Assembly: GCA_913041535.1 (NCBI GenBank)
Contig: CAJWJK010000003.1
Location: 90,953-154,952 of the forward strand
Direction: 5' to 3'
Length of the DNA stretch: 64,000 nt
Source: an uncultured Alphaproteobacteria bacterium
GTDB taxonomy: Bacteria; Pseudomonadota; Alphaproteobacteria; VGEJ01
Position 1 is the stretch's first letter; the number at the start of each line of letters is the position of its first letter. Below, one piece after another: positions 42,914 to 53,918 of the stretch. The notes beneath the pieces were generated by a model. That model did no database searches. It had not been told where the DNA came from and saw only the letters and a list, made by a program, of their open reading frames with translations. Made by a program: the position numbers and the translations under genes.

Positions 42914-43801
42914 GTGTGTTTGGGAGTTCGGATTCATCAAGCACGCAAAAAAGATTTAAAGAGGAAGCGCATGGAAACGTTAGTAAGGAGTGATCGTGAA
43001 TTTTATGTCCGATTCTGGGGTGTGCGTAAAAGTACGCCCGTTTGTGAATCGGAATTTTTCCGTTATGGGGGAAACACTTCGTGTCTCGAGGTGCGCTGTG
43101 GCAATCAGCTGTTCATGTTTGATGCAGGCACTGGATGTCGCTATCTCGGCAACAGCCTTGATGGGAGTTCAGGCATAGATGCAGATGTGTTTTTCACTGG
43201 GACTAATTTTGAGCATGTATGCGGTCTTCCGTTTTTTAAACCAGCATTTTTTCCAACAAATAGCTTTAAATTTTTTGCTGGACACCTGTTGCCCGACGTG
43301 GGCATTCAGAGCACGCTCCAACACATGATGAGGGAACCATTGTTTCCTGTGCCACTACAGGTGTTTGAGTCACAATTCTCGTATCATGATTTCTTTGCTG
43401 GCGAAACCTTAAAGCCGCGTGAGGGAGTTGTTGTGCATACTGCATTAATGCAAGATCTATATAAAGGTACGGCCTACAGGATTGAATATGACAACCGTTC
43501 AATTTGCTATCTTACAAACGCAAGACTCCCTGGAGATGGACCGAAGACAAACATGTATCGGTTGATTGAAGGCGCTGATGTTGTTATCTGCGATTCAATA
43601 TTTGTTGGGCGAACTGAACCTAACCGACTTGTGTGGAATGATGGAATCAACTTTTGTGAGAGGGCAGGTGCAAAGAAACTTGTAATTTTTCCCCATCCAC
43701 CTGAGTACGATGATAATTTTTTGGACGGCGTTGCACGCCATGCTTCCGCATTTTGTCCGGCTACGATGATTGCGAGTGAAGGTATGGTGCTGCATCCCTA
43801 A
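42914..43801 (+). CDS. MBL-fold metallo-hydrolase
   Basis: A beta-lactamase-fold core can be recognised but the motif II is degenerate; call made on overall similarity. Confidence 0.45.
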   Translation: MCLGVRIHQARKKDLKRKRMETLVRSDREFYVRFWGVRKSTPVCESEFFRYGGNTSCLEVRCGNQLFMFDAGTGCRYLGNSLDGSSGIDADVFFTGTNFEHVCGLPFFKPAFFPTNSFKFFAGHLLPDVGIQSTLQHMMREPLFPVPLQVFESQFSYHDFFAGETLKPREGVVVHTALMQDLYKGTAYRIEYDNRSICYLTNARLPGDGPKTNMYRLIEGADVVICDSIFVGRTEPNRLVWNDGINFCERAGAKKLVIFPHPPEYDDNFLDGVARHASAFCPATMIASEGMVLHP

Positions 43802-43856
43802 ACTGAGGCTAAAGGATGTGAAAGAACGCTGGAGAACTTCTATTAGAGCCTTTTGG

Positions 43857-44669
43857 ATGGGCATTCTTACCGTATTGCGCATAGATGTACGTGGGTTTTT
43901 CATCCCCTATCGGTATGCAGCCCTTTTGCAAACTCAGGAAGTGAAATATCCATTGCTTGAAACAGTGTTTAACAAGAGGAGGCAAAGTTTTGTTGAAGTT
44001 CTCGATTCAATAGATTCGTTCGAAGCTAATTTAAATAAAATTGGAGGTGAACCACCTCCCGCTCCGCGCTTTGATCAAGGGTGGTTTCCAACGCTTGATG
44101 CTGCAGCGGCATACGCTCTAGTTCGTAGGAACATCCCAAAAAGACTTGTGGAGGTCGGCTCTGGTCATTCCACACGGTTCTTAATGCGAGCACTGATTGA
44201 TGAGCGAGCCAATATAAAGTTCACTTCTATTGATCCTATGCCGCGCGCTGATATCTGTGGTTTGCCTCTAGAACTTATTCGCTCGACTGTGCAAGAGGTT
44301 GGGACGGGAATAACCGATGTACTGGAATCCGGAGATATCTTATTTATCGATTCTAGTCATGTGCTAATGCCTGGTAGTGACGTAGATTGGGTTATTAATC
44401 AAGTTTTTCCCTCTTTAGAGCCTGGCGTATTGATTCATGTGCACGACATTTTCTTGCCTGACGCATACCCCTCATCATGGGCGTGGCGTGGCTACAACGA
44501 GCAGACCGCGATTTCAGCTCTAATAACCAATTCCCCAGGTTATGAAGTGGTGTTTGCCAGTCACTATGTTAGTGCTCGAATGTCGGATCTCTTGGCCAGG
44601 ACTATAGTTAATAGACTTCCTTGTTACACTGATTCACATGCTTCTAGCCTCTGGCTACGTAAGCAGTGA
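43857..44669 (+). CDS. class I SAM-dependent methyltransferase-like protein (Methyltransf_24-like)
   Basis: LVEVGSGHSTRF (motif I-like) ... ILFIDSSH ... IHVHDIF; the start was moved to an internal Met. Confidence 0.45.
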   Translation: MGILTVLRIDVRGFFIPYRYAALLQTQEVKYPLLETVFNKRRQSFVEVLDSIDSFEANLNKIGGEPPPAPRFDQGWFPTLDAAAAYALVRRNIPKRLVEVGSGHSTRFLMRALIDERANIKFTSIDPMPRADICGLPLELIRSTVQEVGTGITDVLESGDILFIDSSHVLMPGSDVDWVINQVFPSLEPGVLIHVHDIFLPDAYPSSWAWRGYNEQTAISALITNSPGYEVVFASHYVSARMSDLLARTIVNRLPCYTDSHASSLWLRKQ

Positions 44670-44861
44670 CAGTTCGTATGAGAGAGTTTCCAAGCACATA
44701 AAAAGATTTATTGTACGTAATCAAAGCCCAGAAAACTCTTGAAAGTCCCCATCCAGGGTTCTTAAGAATGCTCTTATATCAGGCTTTGTATAGCGAAAAG
44801 AGACGCATACCCCAAATGAACACGGGGACTGGTAAATAATGATTTAAGCTCATCTCTGAGA

Positions 44862-46037
44862 CTATTTATATGGATCGGCAGCGTCTCGAAGGCCGTCACC
44901 AAAGAAGCTCAAGGCAAGAACCACTATCATTACGGGAGCAACCGGCAACATTAGCCATGGGTAGATGGCAACGATATCAAAATTTTGTGCTTCGTTAAGA
45001 AGCACGCCCCAGCTGGTAATTGGTGGTCGGAGGCCCAGGCCTAGATATGATAAAACAGTTTCGCCTAGGATCATGCCTGGTATAGAGAGTGTAACTGAAG
45101 CAATAAGATGCGATGCAAAACTTGGTAGAAGGTGACGTGAGATCACCCGTCTGGGGCTTGCGCCCATTAACACAGCTGCGACTGCAAAATCTTCCTCGCG
45201 CAATGATAGAAGTTTGGAACGGACTGCACGAGCAAGTCCAGGCCACTCGATGAGGCCAAGTATGACAGTAATTCCTAAGTAAATTAATATAGGGCTCCAT
45301 GTTACCGGGAGTGCGGCGGATAGTGCCATCCAAAGAGGCAATTCAGGAAAGGAGCGGATAATTTCAATGAGGCGTTGTACAGCAGAGTCGACCCAGCCGC
45401 CAAAGTATCCCGCCATTCCACCTAGCACGATTCCAAATACAAAGCTGATTATTACTCCGACTAGACCGATGGTAAGGGAGATGCGTGTTCCATATATTAT
45501 TCGGGACAGCTGATCTCGCCCCAATCTATCGGTACCAAGCAGATAGAGACTTCCATTTTCAGCTGGGCAAAAAAGGTGAAAACGTCCTTCTACTGCACCC
45601 CAGAATTCATAGCTATCGCCCATACAGAAGAAACGAAGGCGCTGAATGTTGTCATTATTGGGGGTATAGACTCTTTGCAAGTTCTCCATATCTAGCTTGT
45701 AATCGTAACCGTAAACGAAGGGACCGATGAAGCTACCTTCGTGAAATAAATGTAGTCCCTGTGGTGGCGCATAAATGTGGGTTCGGTCTCGTGTGTTGAG
45801 GTGATAAGGCGCAAGCACCTCACTAATCAATATGGATCCGTACATAAAGAGAAGCACAATTGCCGAAATCACGGCTAGTTTGTGGCGACGGAACTTCCAC
45901 CACATGATTCTCCACTGCGATGCCATGAAAAACCGTTCTTGCTCGGGTGTCATGACCTCTGTTGCGTACGGGTCAAAAGGTTCCTTGCTAACAAAATGCT
46001 GCAACGGAGTTTCTTTTTTTGTCTCAGAGTCAGTCAT
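44862..46037 (-). CDS. ABC transporter permease, YejE-like (peptide/opine family)
   Basis: 391 aa; BPD_transp_1 signature region and an N-terminal extension typical of YejE. Confidence 0.75.
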   Translation of the reverse strand: MTDSETKKETPLQHFVSKEPFDPYATEVMTPEQERFFMASQWRIMWWKFRRHKLAVISAIVLLFMYGSILISEVLAPYHLNTRDRTHIYAPPQGLHLFHEGSFIGPFVYGYDYKLDMENLQRVYTPNNDNIQRLRFFCMGDSYEFWGAVEGRFHLFCPAENGSLYLLGTDRLGRDQLSRIIYGTRISLTIGLVGVIISFVFGIVLGGMAGYFGGWVDSAVQRLIEIIRSFPELPLWMALSAALPVTWSPILIYLGITVILGLIEWPGLARAVRSKLLSLREEDFAVAAVLMGASPRRVISRHLLPSFASHLIASVTLSIPGMILGETVLSYLGLGLRPPITSWGVLLNEAQNFDIVAIYPWLMLPVAPVMIVVLALSFFGDGLRDAADPYK

Positions 46038-47059
46038 TTTAGACGTTTACCACCAAGACGGATGCGGGGGTCCAGCACACTAAGAGCTATATCAGATATG
46101 AACATGCCTACCACGGTTAGAAGTGTGAGCATAAAGATCAATGCTCCAGCCAGATATTGGTCTTGCGAACGCAATGCTTGGACAAGTAGCGGGCCAAGCG
46201 TTGGTAAAGAAAGTATCATTGCAATAAGGGCTGAGCCTGAAATGAGTGTTGGAAGCAAGTTTCCGATATCGGCAATAAATGGATTCAAGGAGACTCGTAA
46301 AGGGTATTTGATCAATAGTCGCGTGGCAGGCAGTCCCTTCGCTCGACCGGTTACCACATATTGTTTCTGAAGTTCGTCCAGTAGATTAGCTCGGAGTCTT
46401 CTTATCATACCAGCTGTACCCGAGGTGCCAATAATGACTACGGGTATCCACAAGTGTTCTAGAACTGACAGGAGTTTGTCCCAGGACCATGGTTGATTAA
46501 TGTACTCAGGGGCCATCAAACCACCAATAGAGGTGCCAAAATGGACATTTGCGAAATACATTATGATGAGGGCTAGTAAGAAATTTGGAGTTGCTAATCC
46601 CAAAAACCCAACAAAACTTAAAGTGTGATCACCCCAACTGTACTGATGTGTTGCAGAATATACGCCAATGGGAAAAGCCATGATCCATGTGAACAGCACA
46701 ACGGAAAAGTTCAGTAACACAGTGAAAGCGATGTTTCCGCTAACCACTTCGCTTACCGGGCGGTCAAACTCAAAGGAATGTCCAAGGTTCCCTTGCAATA
46801 GGCCGGAGAATCCATTTGGACCTTCTAAAATACCAATCCAAACACCGTATTGCTCAACAAAAGGTCGATCTAGAGAGTATTCGTGCCGCAAGAACTCAAT
46901 TTGATCAAGAGCAGCAGTATCCCCCTGAGACCGAAGTTCTGAAATTTGATTTGAAAGGTAATCGCCGGGAGGTGCTTGAATTATCAAAAACGTCAGGAAA
47001 CTGATGATCAGAATCGTTGGGATCATGATCAATATTCTGTGTGTAAGGTACGTAAACAT
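46034..47059 (-). CDS. ABC transporter permease, YejB-like
   Basis: 341 aa; six transmembrane helices with the EAA-like loop. Confidence 0.75.
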   Translation of the reverse strand: MFTYLTHRILIMIPTILIISFLTFLIIQAPPGDYLSNQISELRSQGDTAALDQIEFLRHEYSLDRPFVEQYGVWIGILEGPNGFSGLLQGNLGHSFEFDRPVSEVVSGNIAFTVLLNFSVVLFTWIMAFPIGVYSATHQYSWGDHTLSFVGFLGLATPNFLLALIIMYFANVHFGTSIGGLMAPEYINQPWSWDKLLSVLEHLWIPVVIIGTSGTAGMIRRLRANLLDELQKQYVVTGRAKGLPATRLLIKYPLRVSLNPFIADIGNLLPTLISGSALIAMILSLPTLGPLLVQALRSQDQYLAGALIFMLTLLTVVGMFISDIALSVLDPRIRLGGKRLK

Positions 47060-47073
47060 TTCAGTTTCTGAGC

Positions 47074-49002
47074 TCAGGGAGATTCAGACGTTTCGTACCA
47101 GAAGGTATCTGGTCGGTATATTCCAAATTGTGCTCCTGGGTTCCAGTTATAAACCGCGTTACGTGGTAAATTTCGTAAGCTATTATGGACTACAACTGGC
47201 TGCATAATGCCTGATATTATGCCAATCGAGAACACTTGGTCCTTATGAATTTCCAGCATCCTATGCCAAATTGCTTCTCTCTCATCCTTGGTGGGGGTCA
47301 CAAGCCAAGCCTTATGCAGTCTTAAAAGCTCAACTGCAGGTTGCATGTCTGGAGCTTCACCAGAAGCCCCATTCGTTTCATAGTATTGGCCCCATTTGGG
47401 CCATTGGTACGCGTGTTGCCGTGTAGGGGCCAGCTCTTCTGGGCTCATTTCTGGTGTAGGCAGCCCATTTTCGATACCGGACCATATGGAAATCTGAGTT
47501 TCACCGGAAAAGATTCTGTTGCGAAAGACTTCTCGTTGGGAGGGGCGTGTATAGACCTTGATGCCAATTTCTGCCCAGTTATCACGGATCAACTCTAATA
47601 CATCTGTTTGCTCTGTATCCTCGCCAGCAGTCTCGATAATTACTTCGAATGGTCTTCCATCAGGAAGTAGTCGATGGCCGGAGTAATTGCGCTCTTTTAG
47701 CCCCACCTCATCGAGTAGTTCGTTGGCTTTACGCGGATCATACTGTGACCAATCGGTTTGATAGTGGGGCTTAAACAATGGGCTATCCGTTAGGACCGTA
47801 TTATTGCCCTCTACGGCTAGACCAAAATATAGGACTTGATTAATAAGACCTCTATCTATAGCGATCGATAAGGCACGGCGTACGCGGACATCTCGAAATA
47901 CAGTCCTCCACACAGGATCGTTAATGTTCAAGTTAGGGTATAGTGCTAGGTGGGAACCTTTCGCCGTTCGCCATAGAAGCGTAGAATAGTTGTTCCTTTT
48001 CTCGCCTTTCTTGAGAAACGTGTAGTTGTTGAAAAATAGGCTACGGGATTGGAGGTCCACTTCACCAGCACTTGCCTTTCCAGGAATGAGCTTGCTGTCG
48101 GCAATAGTTAATATGAAACGATCAATATATGGCAGTTGGCGGCCATTTTCGTCTATACGGTGATAATACGGGTTACGCTCGCCCACAAAGCGATTAGACT
48201 GGTCTGCAGTCGTGTTACGCCACGGTTGTAGTGTTGGTAAATCAGGATTATCAAATTTGTATAGGTTGTCCATGCGATTATGGAGTGATGCCCAGTTACG
48301 CTTACCTGCTGCTAATGCTCGCTCCGCAAGCCTCTCGGCACTGGCGTATTTTGAGTGAAACAGTTTCATATAATGAGCTGGTCGGTAGATGAATAGTGGT
48401 GCCGCGTGTGCAATCGCTGGCAGGAATAGAGGATTAGGAGCAGACCACGTGTAGCGGATCGTATTGACATCTATAACTTCGAAACGTGGTCGTTTCCCAT
48501 TAACCATCATTTCCTTGGGAGGACCAGAAGGCCGAAGATCTTTGTTTGTTGCGACGTCTTCCCAGTAATAGCGAAAGTCTTCACTCGTAAAAGGATGTCC
48601 GTCAGACCACTTGTGTCCAGGGCGCAGTTTGATGGTAAAGATTCGTCCTTCGTCAACTGTGATTGATTGTGCGATGTCGGGAACTATATCAAATTTAGTA
48701 TTATATCCGACTAATCTAGAGTAACCGTAGACAACAAAAAGCCGCACATCTTTGGCCCTTACGCCCAACATTCGAAGTTCTCCACCATGTTGTCCTGGCG
48801 TCAAACCGTTACCACGAAGTTTTATAACTCTAGGTGTTTCGGGAACTCGTTCGTACACTGGGGGTAGTTCCCCAGCCGCCACCTGTTTGTGGAGCATGGG
48901 TGTCTCAACCCAATCCCCCGCGGCACCATGTGTTGCTGTGGCAATCGTTATCGAAAGTAACGTGAAAATAACCAGCGAATAAAGTGTTTGGCGCGGGTTC
49001 AT
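47074..49002 (-). CDS. ABC transporter substrate-binding protein, family 5 (YejA-like)
   Basis: Signal peptide [26 protein letters not shown] and ~640-aa cluster-C SBP length; start moved to give a 4-nt overlap with the ATPase gene. Confidence 0.75.
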   Translation of the reverse strand: MNPRQTLYSLVIFTLLSITIATATHGAAGDWVETPMLHKQVAAGELPPVYERVPETPRVIKLRGNGLTPGQHGGELRMLGVRAKDVRLFVVYGYSRLVGYNTKFDIVPDIAQSITVDEGRIFTIKLRPGHKWSDGHPFTSEDFRYYWEDVATNKDLRPSGPPKEMMVNGKRPRFEVIDVNTIRYTWSAPNPLFLPAIAHAAPLFIYRPAHYMKLFHSKYASAERLAERALAAGKRNWASLHNRMDNLYKFDNPDLPTLQPWRNTTADQSNRFVGERNPYYHRIDENGRQLPYIDRFILTIADSKLIPGKASAGEVDLQSRSLFFNNYTFLKKGEKRNNYSTLLWRTAKGSHLALYPNLNINDPVWRTVFRDVRVRRALSIAIDRGLINQVLYFGLAVEGNNTVLTDSPLFKPHYQTDWSQYDPRKANELLDEVGLKERNYSGHRLLPDGRPFEVIIETAGEDTEQTDVLELIRDNWAEIGIKVYTRPSQREVFRNRIFSGETQISIWSGIENGLPTPEMSPEELAPTRQHAYQWPKWGQYYETNGASGEAPDMQPAVELLRLHKAWLVTPTKDEREAIWHRMLEIHKDQVFSIGIISGIMQPVVVHNSLRNLPRNAVYNWNPGAQFGIYRPDTFWYETSESP

Positions 49003-50879
49003 GATTCTATTTGTGGTGCCACAGATGTACGTACGAAATGACCCTCGCCAAGATCCAGCATACTTAGTGATTGGGTTCCGTCTATAGTATAGGGTGTAGG
49101 CCAATCGGCTGGGTTAGAGGCTTTGCCCGACATCAATCCGGTAAGATCAAGAGGGTCATCTGGGTCGGGCTTTGGGACGGCCGAAAGAAGTGCACGTGTA
49201 TAGGGGTGAATGGGGTTCTGAAATAATACTTCTCTTGGCGCAAGCTCGACCAAACATCCGGAGCACATGACAGCTATCCGATCGGCAATATAGTCAACTA
49301 CAGCTAGATTGTGTGATATGAAGATATAGGTCAGGGTGAGATTCGTCTGCAGCTCTTTGAGAAGATTTAGGACCTGCGCTTGCACGGACACATCAAGAGC
49401 TGATACTGGTTCATCGCAGATTAATAGTTCTGGCTGGAGTGCAAGAGCTCGGGCAATTCCTATCCGCTGACGTTGACCCCCTGAGAAACTATGGGGATAG
49501 CGTCGTCGATGTCTTACATTGAGGCCCACCAACTCCATTAACTCCGTTACGCGCTGAGCTCGGAAAGTTTCGTCACCTATTTTGTGGATAATCAGGGGTT
49601 CATTAATTATATCAAAAACAGTCATGCGGGGGTTAAGTGAGCTGAATGGGTCTTGGAAGATGTATTGGACACTTCGACGAAAATTCCATAGTTCCTTACC
49701 CTGCAATTTTAGTACGTCGATCATGTGTCCATTATCGTTAAATAGAACCTCGCCTGAATCGGCTGATAAAGCGCGCATTAAGATTTTGCTCGTTGTAGTC
49801 TTGCCACAACCTGACTCGCCCACAAGGCCAAGACAGGAGCCTCGTGGCACTTCAAAGCTAACATTATCTACAGCAATAGTGGCATCGTTGGTCTTTTTGC
49901 TAAAAAAAGAGCGTTTCCGGCCATCGAATGACTTGCTTAAGTTGCGGACGCTCAACAAAGGGCCTGCTTTGATCGCTTCGTTGCTCCAAGGTTTACTTTC
50001 TGTATGTAGGAGCTCTCCTTTACTTTTAATTTCTCGAATTGGTATGAGTCTTTCTTCTGGTTTCATGTTGAACCGAGGGACAGCAGACAATAACGCGGTC
50101 AGATATGGGTGTTGGGGATCGTGAAAAATATCGTGCAAAGAGCCATGCTCCATAACTTTGCCATGATACATAACCACGACTTCATCTGCCATGTTGGCAA
50201 CGACTCCCAGATCATGAGTGATCATCAGAATTGCCATTTGGAGCTCGCGCTGCAAGTCATTCATGAGCTTTAGAATCTGAGCTTGGATCGTCACGTCCAA
50301 TGCAGTTGTTGGTTCATCGGCAATCAAGAGAGCGGGGTTGCAGATTAGAGCCATTGCAATCATTGCTCGTTGGCGCAGCCCGCCCGAAAGCTCAAACGGA
50401 TAAGATTGTAGCGCGCTACGGGGGCTAGGGAAGCCAACTAAACGAAGCATATCTTCTGCGACATCAAGCCCTTTTTTTCGGTTTGCAACACGATGTAAAT
50501 GAAAAGCTTCTGTAATTTGGTTTCCAATAGTATGAAGTGGTGAGAGAGACGTCATCGGCTCTTGGAAGATGATAGAGATGCGCCCACCTCGCAAAGCTTG
50601 CATGTCTTTGCTATCTGGTGGCAGATTGCAGATATCAATTACAGGGCCATCCGTTGTGGGGTCACAGAAATCGATAGTGCCTTCAGCAATATGCGCTACT
50701 TTTGGTAAAATACCCATAATGGCTTGAGATACCACCGATTTTCCCGAGCCAGATTCGCCCACCAGTGCCACTGTTTTTCCCTGTGGAACTCTAAACGAAA
50801 CACCATCTACGGCACGAAGTATGCCATCTGGTAGGTCAAAATGAACTTTTAGGTTGGAAATTAGTAAAACATCAGACAT
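48999..50879 (-). CDS. ABC transporter ATP-binding protein with duplicated ATPase domains (YejF-like)
   Basis: Two Walker A motifs ([16 protein letters not shown]), two LSGG signatures ([16 protein letters not shown]), and two oligopeptide C-terminal extensions. Confidence 0.85.
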   Translation of the reverse strand: MSDVLLISNLKVHFDLPDGILRAVDGVSFRVPQGKTVALVGESGSGKSVVSQAIMGILPKVAHIAEGTIDFCDPTTDGPVIDICNLPPDSKDMQALRGGRISIIFQEPMTSLSPLHTIGNQITEAFHLHRVANRKKGLDVAEDMLRLVGFPSPRSALQSYPFELSGGLRQRAMIAMALICNPALLIADEPTTALDVTIQAQILKLMNDLQRELQMAILMITHDLGVVANMADEVVVMYHGKVMEHGSLHDIFHDPQHPYLTALLSAVPRFNMKPEERLIPIREIKSKGELLHTESKPWSNEAIKAGPLLSVRNLSKSFDGRKRSFFSKKTNDATIAVDNVSFEVPRGSCLGLVGESGCGKTTTSKILMRALSADSGEVLFNDNGHMIDVLKLQGKELWNFRRSVQYIFQDPFSSLNPRMTVFDIINEPLIIHKIGDETFRAQRVTELMELVGLNVRHRRRYPHSFSGGQRQRIGIARALALQPELLICDEPVSALDVSVQAQVLNLLKELQTNLTLTYIFISHNLAVVDYIADRIAVMCSGCLVELAPREVLFQNPIHPYTRALLSAVPKPDPDDPLDLTGLMSGKASNPADWPTPYTIDGTQSLSMLDLGEGHFVRTSVAPQIES

Positions 50880-51376
50880 TAACGTCTCTCCAGGGTGCCA
50901 ATAGGTGCATCTAGCGCGTAAAGATTATCTGTTGTTGTTGAATCCAATACGATACCGCGATTACGCGCTTCACGTGCGGCTGCTAGTGCAATATCTTCAA
51001 AACCCTCTAATGAAGAGTCTAATTTAATTTGCCTTGTTCGTGGGCCCATTAGGCTAAGCTGCATCCATCCGTTCCTTCGATCACGGCGAGTTGTGTAATA
51101 TCGGAGGCGAACTCGCTCGAGTCTACACCAATCAAGCTCGGCACGAAAAAGCCCAGTGCTTTCGACTCCAGAGCTAGTTAACGCCACTGTTGTTATTTGG
51201 CGGAGAACAGTGCGTATAGCAAAGACGGTGAAAAGCAATGCTAAGAATAAAAGAATGTATGCAGTTATTGTAAATATGTCTGTTATGATTAAAGGGCCAG
51301 CCGTTAGTGACAGGCCCACACCAGCGCGAAGATAATCAAGTATCAAAGATTTGATAGGGTATCGGTGTTGAGTCAT
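50879..51376 (-). CDS. hypothetical membrane protein (2 TM + cytosolic domain)
   Basis: 165 aa; translationally coupled on both sides (4-nt and 1-nt overlaps). Confidence 0.4.
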   Translation of the reverse strand: MTQHRYPIKSLILDYLRAGVGLSLTAGPLIITDIFTITAYILLFLALLFTVFAIRTVLRQITTVALTSSGVESTGLFRAELDWCRLERVRLRYYTTRRDRRNGWMQLSLMGPRTRQIKLDSSLEGFEDIALAAAREARNRGIVLDSTTTDNLYALDAPIGTLERR

Positions 51377-52137
51377 GTCTCAACGCTAAAGATTTTGTCT
51401 GGGTGTGGCCAGATAGTGCTTTGTTCGACTGTAAGAACAGTCAGAAGTGAGTCTAAAAACTTCCAACTCGGTTCATCCATTACCAGATGATGTGTAAGCA
51501 GACCAGTTGGCTCGTTCTGGTCAACGATTCCCATTCGCCGATTAGATAAGTGCTGAACAAGGATGTGTACGCATGAATCAATTCCACGAAAATGGGGTTC
51601 TGGTTGCCAATTTAGAATGTCTACATGCACGTTGGTCTGCTGTACGCCCGTCGAAACCTCATTGATCTCTCGCGCGCCAAGAGTTGAGAGGCCGCGTACA
51701 CCTAGAGAATATAAGTGAGGGTATAGGTCGGGATTCATCCGATTCCAGGGAGGGACAAGAACTGGCAACGCAATATTGCCAAACAGAGTATCCATGGTTT
51801 CAGAACTACGTTCAATCTCCGCCAACACTTCGAATGATGGGCGATGTGAACCCCATTCAATTTTGCGTTCTCCGACGGGTGCATAATTCCGATGCAAGAA
51901 TCCATGCGTCGCTACTCTAGTTTCCGGATAAATTGATAGGTATTCAGTTAGGCGTGGGTCCGCTAGTTTTGGAATAGCAGCCAGGCATGGCGCAATATTG
52001 TGTCGCGTGACTAGATCAAAAAGGCGGTCAAGCGCAGCGGTTGGTGTCTGCACATCATCGTCACGCAACCACATGCTAGGTTGTCGGCCAACCCGTTTCC
52101 ACGCGTCAAGTTCTTGAACCAGGGCGGACCAACTCAT
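51373..52137 (-). CDS. divergent polysaccharide deacetylase (NodB-like) family protein
   Basis: WLRDDD (motif 1-like) and VATHGFLHRNY (HxxxH motif 2). Confidence 0.4.
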   Translation of the reverse strand: MSWSALVQELDAWKRVGRQPSMWLRDDDVQTPTAALDRLFDLVTRHNIAPCLAAIPKLADPRLTEYLSIYPETRVATHGFLHRNYAPVGERKIEWGSHRPSFEVLAEIERSSETMDTLFGNIALPVLVPPWNRMNPDLYPHLYSLGVRGLSTLGAREINEVSTGVQQTNVHVDILNWQPEPHFRGIDSCVHILVQHLSNRRMGIVDQNEPTGLLTHHLVMDEPSWKFLDSLLTVLTVEQSTIWPHPDKIFSVET

Positions 52138-53291
52138 TTGGGAGCACACTCCGCCCAGTCCTGAACCAACGATACGGTGGTTGCGAGCCCTGAAGTATTT
52201 AAACTGAAAGCGCAATTAGGAGTAGCGTCCATTGCATCTCGTATAGCTGATGCGAGAGATGTGGGGTTGAGGCTTGATTCTGGGACCATTTTCACAAACC
52301 CACGTTTAGCAAGTCGCGCCGTGCGGATTGTTTGTTCAGTTTCCGTTCCCTGCGAGAAAGGAACAATTACGCAACGAGCTTTGGAAACGAGAGCCTCACA
52401 CGTAGTGTTGTAGCCACCTTGACTAATTGAGAGGGCACAATGGTTTAGCAATTTTGGAAAGTCAGTACGGGCACGTTCAACAATTAGGTTTTCGTCGGAT
52501 GATTTCTGCAGAGCCTGAAAGGAGCTTTCAGACACCCCTGTTCCGACCAATACCCGCCAGAGATTGTCTTTAAGAACTGTCGATTTTCGCGCTAAAATGG
52601 CTGTTTCAAGTAGACTCAGCCCCACAGCACCGCCCCCAGCGGAAACAATTACTTCGCCTTGTGCGTGGTGGGTTTTTTCTGCCGCAGCTTGTGTCGGATC
52701 AACTGTGTACCCTGTGTAGACAAGTTGGCTCGCTATTTTATCGGCATTTACAAAGGTTTCATTAAAGGTGATGAATTTGGGATCGCCGTGGATAAGCACA
52801 TAGTCGAAGTATGATTTTATAAGTTCTACAGTTTCGTTGTTACGAATAGGGGTGCGACTGCCGCTTAGAATATCACGGACTGAAGATACGACGATAGTCC
52901 GGTGTCCACTGGATTTCACCAAATCCAATAGTGGAAGTAATTCAAACTTCATTTGACGGCGCCCAAATGGGAAAAGTTCAAGGATTACAACATCAGGCTT
53001 ATGGTTTTTCCAAACCTCCAGGAGGTGGTTGCATCTTGATCTGCGCCACGAATCATTAACTGGCTGGTTATTCATATCCACTAGAGTCGTGAAATTGTGA
53101 TCAATGGTTCGAACTGGAGATAATTGCACGAAACGGCTTGACCCAAGGTCAAGGTGGGGTAATGGCTCGCCTCCCGAAACAAGAATAACATCAAGACCGA
53201 CTTTGCTTAAGTTGCGGCTGATTAGGGCAGCCCTGTGTAGATGGCCAATGCCTAATAGGTGTTGAACGTAGAAGAGCACCTTCTTAGCCAT
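52134..53291 (-). CDS. glycosyltransferase, GT1/MurG-like fold (GxGHxxR family)
   Basis: N-terminus LFYVQHLLGIGHLHRAALISRNL; paralogous to the GT at 56367..57620. Confidence 0.55.
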   Translation of the reverse strand: MAKKVLFYVQHLLGIGHLHRAALISRNLSKVGLDVILVSGGEPLPHLDLGSSRFVQLSPVRTIDHNFTTLVDMNNQPVNDSWRRSRCNHLLEVWKNHKPDVVILELFPFGRRQMKFELLPLLDLVKSSGHRTIVVSSVRDILSGSRTPIRNNETVELIKSYFDYVLIHGDPKFITFNETFVNADKIASQLVYTGYTVDPTQAAAEKTHHAQGEVIVSAGGGAVGLSLLETAILARKSTVLKDNLWRVLVGTGVSESSFQALQKSSDENLIVERARTDFPKLLNHCALSISQGGYNTTCEALVSKARCVIVPFSQGTETEQTIRTARLAKRGFVKMVPESSLNPTSLASAIRDAMDATPNCAFSLNTSGLATTVSLVQDWAECAPK

Positions 53292-53918
53292 TTAGTCTTC
53301 ACTATCTTCAGAGTTGTAGGGATGAGCTCTGGCAGTCAGCAAGGGTACATTTAGACACTCTATCTGTGGGTGGCCGTCGGTGTTTAGAGCGAATAGGTGG
53401 AGTGAGTGCCAATCTAGTTTGAAAGGGGGGGCACCGGTAAGGTCCCAGTTTAAAGCAAGACTAAGTAATGCACGGATTACTCCTTTATGTGTTATGGCTA
53501 GAGTCGTTTCTCGTGCGGCTGCAACTTCTTTCAAGAAAGGTCTTAAGCGATCCTGAACTTCACGTGGACTCTCTCCTTCAGGGGGTTTTAGGTCGAGGCC
53601 TCGTTCCTCAGCTGCAACGAACTCTGTTCCTAGTTCCTGTCGGAGGTTTGCTATGGTTTCCCCTTCCCACAGCCCCCAGTCCATTTCTATAAGACGTATA
53701 TCAGTTTCGAATGAACAAACGTTGAGACAACGAGCAGTCTCAACAGCTCGGACAAGGGGGCTTGTCCTACAACGGACGCCAGAAAAGGTATTCGGAAGCT
53801 GCAATTTAGATAATTCCTGGCGAGCATCACTAGTAATGGAAACATCGGCTCTACCTTGTAGCCGTCTTTGAATGTTCCAATCGGTTTGGCCATGGCGGAA
53901 AAGGGCTAGTGTTGTCAT
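53292..53918 (-). CDS. histidine phosphatase family protein (phosphoglycerate-mutase-like)
   Basis: LFRHGQTDWN catalytic RHG motif. Confidence 0.75.
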   Translation of the reverse strand: MTTLALFRHGQTDWNIQRRLQGRADVSITSDARQELSKLQLPNTFSGVRCRTSPLVRAVETARCLNVCSFETDIRLIEMDWGLWEGETIANLRQELGTEFVAAEERGLDLKPPEGESPREVQDRLRPFLKEVAAARETTLAITHKGVIRALLSLALNWDLTGAPPFKLDWHSLHLFALNTDGHPQIECLNVPLLTARAHPYNSEDSED

